From: an uncultured Chthonomonadaceae bacterium
GTDB taxonomy: Bacteria; Armatimonadota; Chthonomonadetes; Chthonomonadales; Chthonomonadaceae
Assembly (NCBI GenBank): GCA_963835065.1
Contig: CAWIEK010000049.1
Location: 128,001-192,000 of the forward strand
DNA length: 64,000 nucleotides
Direction of reading: 5' to 3'
This document shows, one piece after another, positions 59,442 through 64,000 of this stretch; the stretch's first letter is position 1, and every line of letters starts with the position of its first letter. Below the pieces are notes generated by a model. That model was not told the origin of the DNA. It was given only the letters and a program-made list of their open reading frames with translations, and did not search any database. A program made the position numbers and the translations under genes.

Positions 59442-61355
59442 ATGAAACGTATTCTGCTGTCTCGCTGTCTGCTTACTGCTCCCACTCGCATTTTGCTTTC
59501 CACTTGCTTGTGCTTATCTTCGTTACCCTTGTTGCCTGGAACAAGCCAGGCGCAGACTTCTGCCGCCGCGCAAACTCCCGCTGCTGCGCAACCCGCTTCT
59601 GCTATACCGGCCTCAGATACAACGCCGGCCACTTATAACCTCACGCCTCAGATGCGCTCCCAAGATGCCCGCCTGAACACGCCTGTTACGCTGGATGCGC
59701 CGCGTATCAGCCTCGGAGAACTGCTGGACAAACTCTCGGAACAAAGCGGCGTCACGCTGAATATGGATACGCGCGACCCCATTTCCGGGCTGAAATTGTT
59801 TGTGGTGTGCGACAAAACACCCATAGGTGATGTGCTGGACAGGTTATGGTCTCTGTTGAGTTTCCGGGATGCCACCTGGAAGTGGGAGCGCACGGGCAAG
59901 ACTGGCGCGTATCGCTACCAATTTATTCAGACGCGCGCCGCCGCAGGCTTTCCGCAACGCATGAAGCAGTTGGCACAAGAAGCGTTCGAGACACACGCCG
60001 CCAACATGATTGCCATTGCTGCCTTACCTCCCGAAGAGCGTAAAAAACACATCGCCGGTATGTCGGCTACAATGCTGCAAAAGGATGATGTGATGGCAAA
60101 GCGCATGACTGACAAAGATCGGTGCAAGCTGGAACAGCCTGCGCGTGTTCGGTAGGCGCTCACGCCGCCGCAGCAAAAGAGCGTTTTGCGTGGCGGTGCC
60201 TTACATTTCACGGTGGAGCAACTGCCTGAAGAAACTCGCGCCGCCTTCCACACGGAATGGGTGCAGTCCAATCCGCGAAATCGAATTCTACCGAATGGAC
60301 AGCGGATTCCTGAACCCGAACCCACCTCCTACATGTTTGAACGTCATGACGGACTTGGCATCCGCTCTCTGATCTCCTTGATGTATATTACGACGGCTCC
60401 CGTAACGCATACCGATGCGAACGGCACGTCAAGCGGCATTCGAGCATGGGTGTTTTGGGAGGCGGCATGGAAGATGGGTATGCGCGGCAAAGTGGAGGAT
60501 TTGTGGATGCTTCCCGGTGACAGCAGGAGCAACGCGCTTGCCGAACGCATGTGCGAAAAGCCGGCCATGCCCATCCCCGATTTGCCTCCCACCCCAAAAA
60601 CCATCGCGGAATACGAAGAAGCCATCAAGCAGGGACGCCAGTTCACTCCTGCCTCTGCCCCGCTCAAATTCCAGCATCGCTTCGGACAACTCGCCCATGC
60701 CCTGCCGATCACAATTTTGGGTGTCCTCCCTGACCCCAATGATCAAGGCTATGATCCCACGACGCCTTACAACAAGCCCGTAAAGACGTTTTTGGCGCAG
60801 GCGGCGCGTAACGACGAGTTTACTACCCGGCGTGACCTGCTGTACAAGTGGCGGGGCGACACATTGCTTGTGATTTACCCAACGTGGTATCTGGATGAGG
60901 AGCGCTGTTACCCCTATGCTCTGGCGCAGCAGGCGCAGCGCGCCGCCCGCAACGGCTTTATTCCTTACCGCGATCTGATACAGATTGCCGCGCAAATGAC
61001 CCCGGAGCAGTGGAGCGACTTGTGCCGCAACACGCCAATTCTCAACGACATGGAGGGCGCGTTAAACCTGCTGCAACTGTGCGTCGTATATCCCGGCCTG
61101 CTGCGCGACACCGGCTTGACCCTGACAGACGAGAACCGGCAGGCGCTGCAAAACATCGCCACTGCATCCCAATACCGCCTTTTGCAGGATAGCAATGCCA
61201 CCGCCGTACGCGCTCAGACATATGAAGCGCGTCCTTTACGGCGTGAACAGATCGGAACTTCAAGTGCAGTACCTGGATGCCGACAGGAAGTGGAAGCCGC
61301 TCTTAGGCTATGTGCAGAAACAAGCCGTACAACAATGAGTATGCGCCACTTGTAG
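59442..61355 (+). CDS. Secreted hypothetical protein (STN/secretin-N-like N-terminus), apparent frameshift near 60130
   Basis: AAGGAGG SD, signal peptide, DARLNTPVTL...LGELLDKLSEQSGV; continues in ORF 60186..61355. Confidence 0.65.
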
Positions 61356-61364
61356 GAAACTGCC

Positions 61365-62573
61365 TCATCCCAACTCAGGCATGTTTTTGTACTTGTGCAG
61401 TTGTTGCGCCAACGTGAGCATATCCTGTGCAGGTATGCGCTGTCCGGCAGCCAGTTGGTCGCATTGTTGTATTAGTCGGCTTAGTTCGCCTGCCTGCTGC
61501 GGGAAGCGCTGCGCGACGCGCTGAATCAATTCAGGCGTGGGCAGGTCGGGCGGGGCGTCTAAGACGCGAGTCAGGGCTATGCGAAAGTCTTGATACAGCG
61601 TTTGAATGACGAGATCGGTGGCTTCGGCGCGTTGATACCAGCGGGCGAGGGAATGGACGTATTCTTCGCTGGAACGATAGGGAACAAGGGGAAGCGGACG
61701 CGCAATCCCGAATCGCCGGTTGCCGTTGTAAACGATCAGCAGCAGCAGCAGGATGAACGGCCATGCGGCGAGTTTGATCGGCCGGGGCAGGGTGGAAATC
61801 CAGTTTTGCTGCGCGGCGTTTGCTATGTCAAAGCCGACGCCGTGATGGTATTCGTCGAAGGCAATCGTTTTGTCACTGCCGTTGACCGCTGCGCTTGCAA
61901 TGTTGGCGAGAAACACAACGTTGTCGGCTTCATTGATGCCCTTGTTGCTGACCATTGCGGTATCGGCGACAAGAATGACGTGTCCTTTGCCCAATGGTTT
62001 ATGGGCGGCGATGATTCCCTGATCGTCCGCAAACAGCGTCTCATAATGGGAATCGGGAGCGGGCTGCAAGCGCGCGGGACTGGCAACTGTAATACTGCCG
62101 ACATTGCGGGTATAAGGCAAGGCGGAAGCGGCAGGCGGAACCTGATTGCGCGTGGGGCGGGCGTCGGTCACTTCGATGTCGCCGGCAAGCGTGTCCTGCG
62201 GGTCGAGCGGGCGGGCCGGTTCAGAAAGAAAGTAAAGCGTGGTTCCCCCGGCCTGCGTCCAGTTTCGGAGCGCGTTTATCTCGTTTTGATCGGGCTGCCG
62301 CTTTTTATCAAGTTTTTCTACAATGACAACCATGCCGTCTGAAGAACGCAGGTCGTACCACGGAGAGGTCAGGCGGCGCGCGGGAAGCGGTATGGTTTCC
62401 AGCAGGGCGTACAGGGCTTTGGAACCGGCGGGATTGGCGTTAAGGCTGCTGGCGGATGTGCTTGTCACGACGGACTGCCCTGCCTGTTCCGCAAGCAGCG
62501 CGATAACGAGGAATACGCCCAACAGCACGGCGATGATGCCGTATTCCGGTATGTGGCGGCGCGGCGTTGTCAT
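61365..62573 (-). CDS. DUF4350 domain protein
   Basis: GSKALYALL, GKGHVIL, FDEYHHG, RRFG; MoxR-cluster context. Confidence 0.85.
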   Translation of the reverse strand: MTTPRRHIPEYGIIAVLLGVFLVIALLAEQAGQSVVTSTSASSLNANPAGSKALYALLETIPLPARRLTSPWYDLRSSDGMVVIVEKLDKKRQPDQNEINALRNWTQAGGTTLYFLSEPARPLDPQDTLAGDIEVTDARPTRNQVPPAASALPYTRNVGSITVASPARLQPAPDSHYETLFADDQGIIAAHKPLGKGHVILVADTAMVSNKGINEADNVVFLANIASAAVNGSDKTIAFDEYHHGVGFDIANAAQQNWISTLPRPIKLAAWPFILLLLLIVYNGNRRFGIARPLPLVPYRSSEEYVHSLARWYQRAEATDLVIQTLYQDFRIALTRVLDAPPDLPTPELIQRVAQRFPQQAGELSRLIQQCDQLAAGQRIPAQDMLTLAQQLHKYKNMPELG

Positions 62574-63433
62574 TGGCTGCCTGCCTTTCCGCCTTGAGGG
62601 GAGGGAGGCGCGTTGGGCGATTTGGTGTCAGTTGTGGCAGGGGCGGACGCGGCGGAAACGGCAAAGAGCGGCAGGCGCTTGTAGGCTTCACGGATCGCCT
62701 GATAATCCTGTGAGGATGTGGGCGTATCGCCGTACCAGCGCGTTTCAAAGGCGACGGCGAGAGGAACCAGCGCGTCATAAAGCGGCAGGGCGCGAGTTTG
62801 CTGTAAGTGGCGCAGGTATTCGCCGTTGGTACGCGCCCGGTCATAAGATAGCGCGCCCGCCCGATCCAGTTGCAGCAGGAGGGCTAGGAACACGGCGCGG
62901 TAAGCGCGGCGATAATCCGACTGTGCCGCCCATTCTTCCGCCTGCGTCAGCCAGGTTTCGGGATCGCGCTCGATTTCAGCCAATGCCTCGTCTTCTTCGG
63001 AAACGATGCGGCGGGGCTGCGCGGCGTGTTCGCGCGGCGACCAATCCCGGAACATGCGGTACACAACCCACAGCAGGCCGGAAAGGATGAAGGCCAGCAG
63101 GATATAGATGAGGAGTGTGCTGCCGCCCTTAACGCCGCTCAGTCGAAACAGATTGCTCCACCATTCGCGCAAGCGTTCCCACATACGGCGGGCTTGCGCC
63201 ACCAAGTCGGTAAGTTGGCTTTTTTCACTCGTTTGCGGCTGAAACTCCCGACCCGCCAGAATACGGTTCAAATCGGCTTTCAATTGCGGGGCAGGCGGGG
63301 CGGTTCCGTTTGCAGCGCTTGCACTCGAATTGCCGGAAGCAGGCTGCTGCGCGTGAACGGGGCATAGGCTGCCGCACAATGACATAAGGCAAACGGTCAA
63401 TAAAACGATACGGTCGTTTTTGAAGGAGGGCAT
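62570..63433 (-). CDS. DUF4129 domain protein
   Basis: DYRRAYR...RTNGEYL...FETRWYG. Confidence 0.88.
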   Translation of the reverse strand: MPSFKNDRIVLLTVCLMSLCGSLCPVHAQQPASGNSSASAANGTAPPAPQLKADLNRILAGREFQPQTSEKSQLTDLVAQARRMWERLREWWSNLFRLSGVKGGSTLLIYILLAFILSGLLWVVYRMFRDWSPREHAAQPRRIVSEEDEALAEIERDPETWLTQAEEWAAQSDYRRAYRAVFLALLLQLDRAGALSYDRARTNGEYLRHLQQTRALPLYDALVPLAVAFETRWYGDTPTSSQDYQAIREAYKRLPLFAVSAASAPATTDTKSPNAPPSPQGGKAGSQ

Positions 63434-64000
63434 TAGCGGCTGTCCTCCGGGGCGTCGGGTTCTGTAGGAGAGGCTTCGGAAGCGGTGGGAGGCATGATAA
63501 AATCCATTAGCGGCGGGGCAGGCGCGGGGACCGGCGAGGAGAAATCCATCGGCGGAAAGGTGTCCGGCAGTGTTGCTATCGGGGCAGGAGAAGTTTGAAA
63601 AACTGGTATCGTCTGCGCGGGAAATGTGGGGGCTGCAACGGTTTGCAACGGCGCGGTGCTGGCGAAAACGTTGGGCGATGTGACGAATGGCAGCGTTTCG
63701 GCAAGCAGGCGGATGTCAAGGCCGTCACGCTGTATACGATAATCGAAATACAGGACGTGCGCGAAAATCAGCAAATACGGCTGCAAAAAAGCGATTAACA
63801 GGACGCTGATGGTGGTTTCGAGAAGAAACGCCATTGTTGCGGGCAGGGAAACAAGTTCAAGCAGGCCCGTGAGTGACAGCAGCATCAGCAATTGCAGGGT
63901 GAAGAAAACGATGGGTAGAAACAAAACGGCGGCCAGAGTGCGGCGGGCGCGCGGACGTTTTACAAGCTGCCAGTTGCGGGCGGGAATTGCGGTAATGGGC
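63433..64000 (-). CDS. Membrane protein of the MoxR cluster, 5'-truncated by the window edge
   Basis: Hydrophobic helices, LYFDYRIQRDGLDI motif, Pro-rich tail. Confidence 0.8.
   Translation of the reverse strand, partial: PITAIPARNWQLVKRPRARRTLAAVLFLPIVFFTLQLLMLLSLTGLLELVSLPATMAFLLETTISVLLIAFLQPYLLIFAHVLYFDYRIQRDGLDIRLLAETLPFVTSPNVFASTAPLQTVAAPTFPAQTIPVFQTSPAPIATLPDTFPPMDFSSPVPAPAPPLMDFIMPPTASEASPTEPDAPEDSR

Overview
A 64 kb, GC-rich bacterial chromosomal segment, probably Armatimonadota. This is inferred from the DUF1559/H-X9-DG prepilin-like gene, the [17 protein letters not shown] ClpC and the Firmicutes/Actinobacteria-like gene order. It is mostly housekeeping: dgt, ilvA, ppk1, rsmA, nagA, clpS, maf, pnp-rpsO, an ECF sigma/anti-sigma pair, ilvE, clpC, mazG/yabN, fliA/flhG, PBP1A, folE, a PTPS, a nucleoside ABC transporter, an adenosine deaminase and a MoxR cluster. 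I found no rRNA, tRNA, CRISPR array, transposase or integrase. The most notable items are: (1) a HigBA-type toxin-antitoxin cassette inserted at the 3' end of a DUF3500 gene and bracketed by a ~175 bp synonymously diverged duplicate of that gene end; (2) a 216 aa intein with a truncated LAGLIDADG region at the zinc-binding Cys of FolE; (3) many hairpin elements built from 7-9 nt tandem units, which differ in unit but share one architecture, supply stop/start codons to neighbouring genes and in one case are translated in frame inside an ABC ATPase; (4) REP doublets sharing a flanking 14-mer; (5) a shared ECF-type promoter motif upstream of the sigma gene and clpC; (6) leaderless promoters; (7) a possible pterin-glycoside operon. 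About ten genes carry single-base frameshifts, which are most likely long-read consensus errors.
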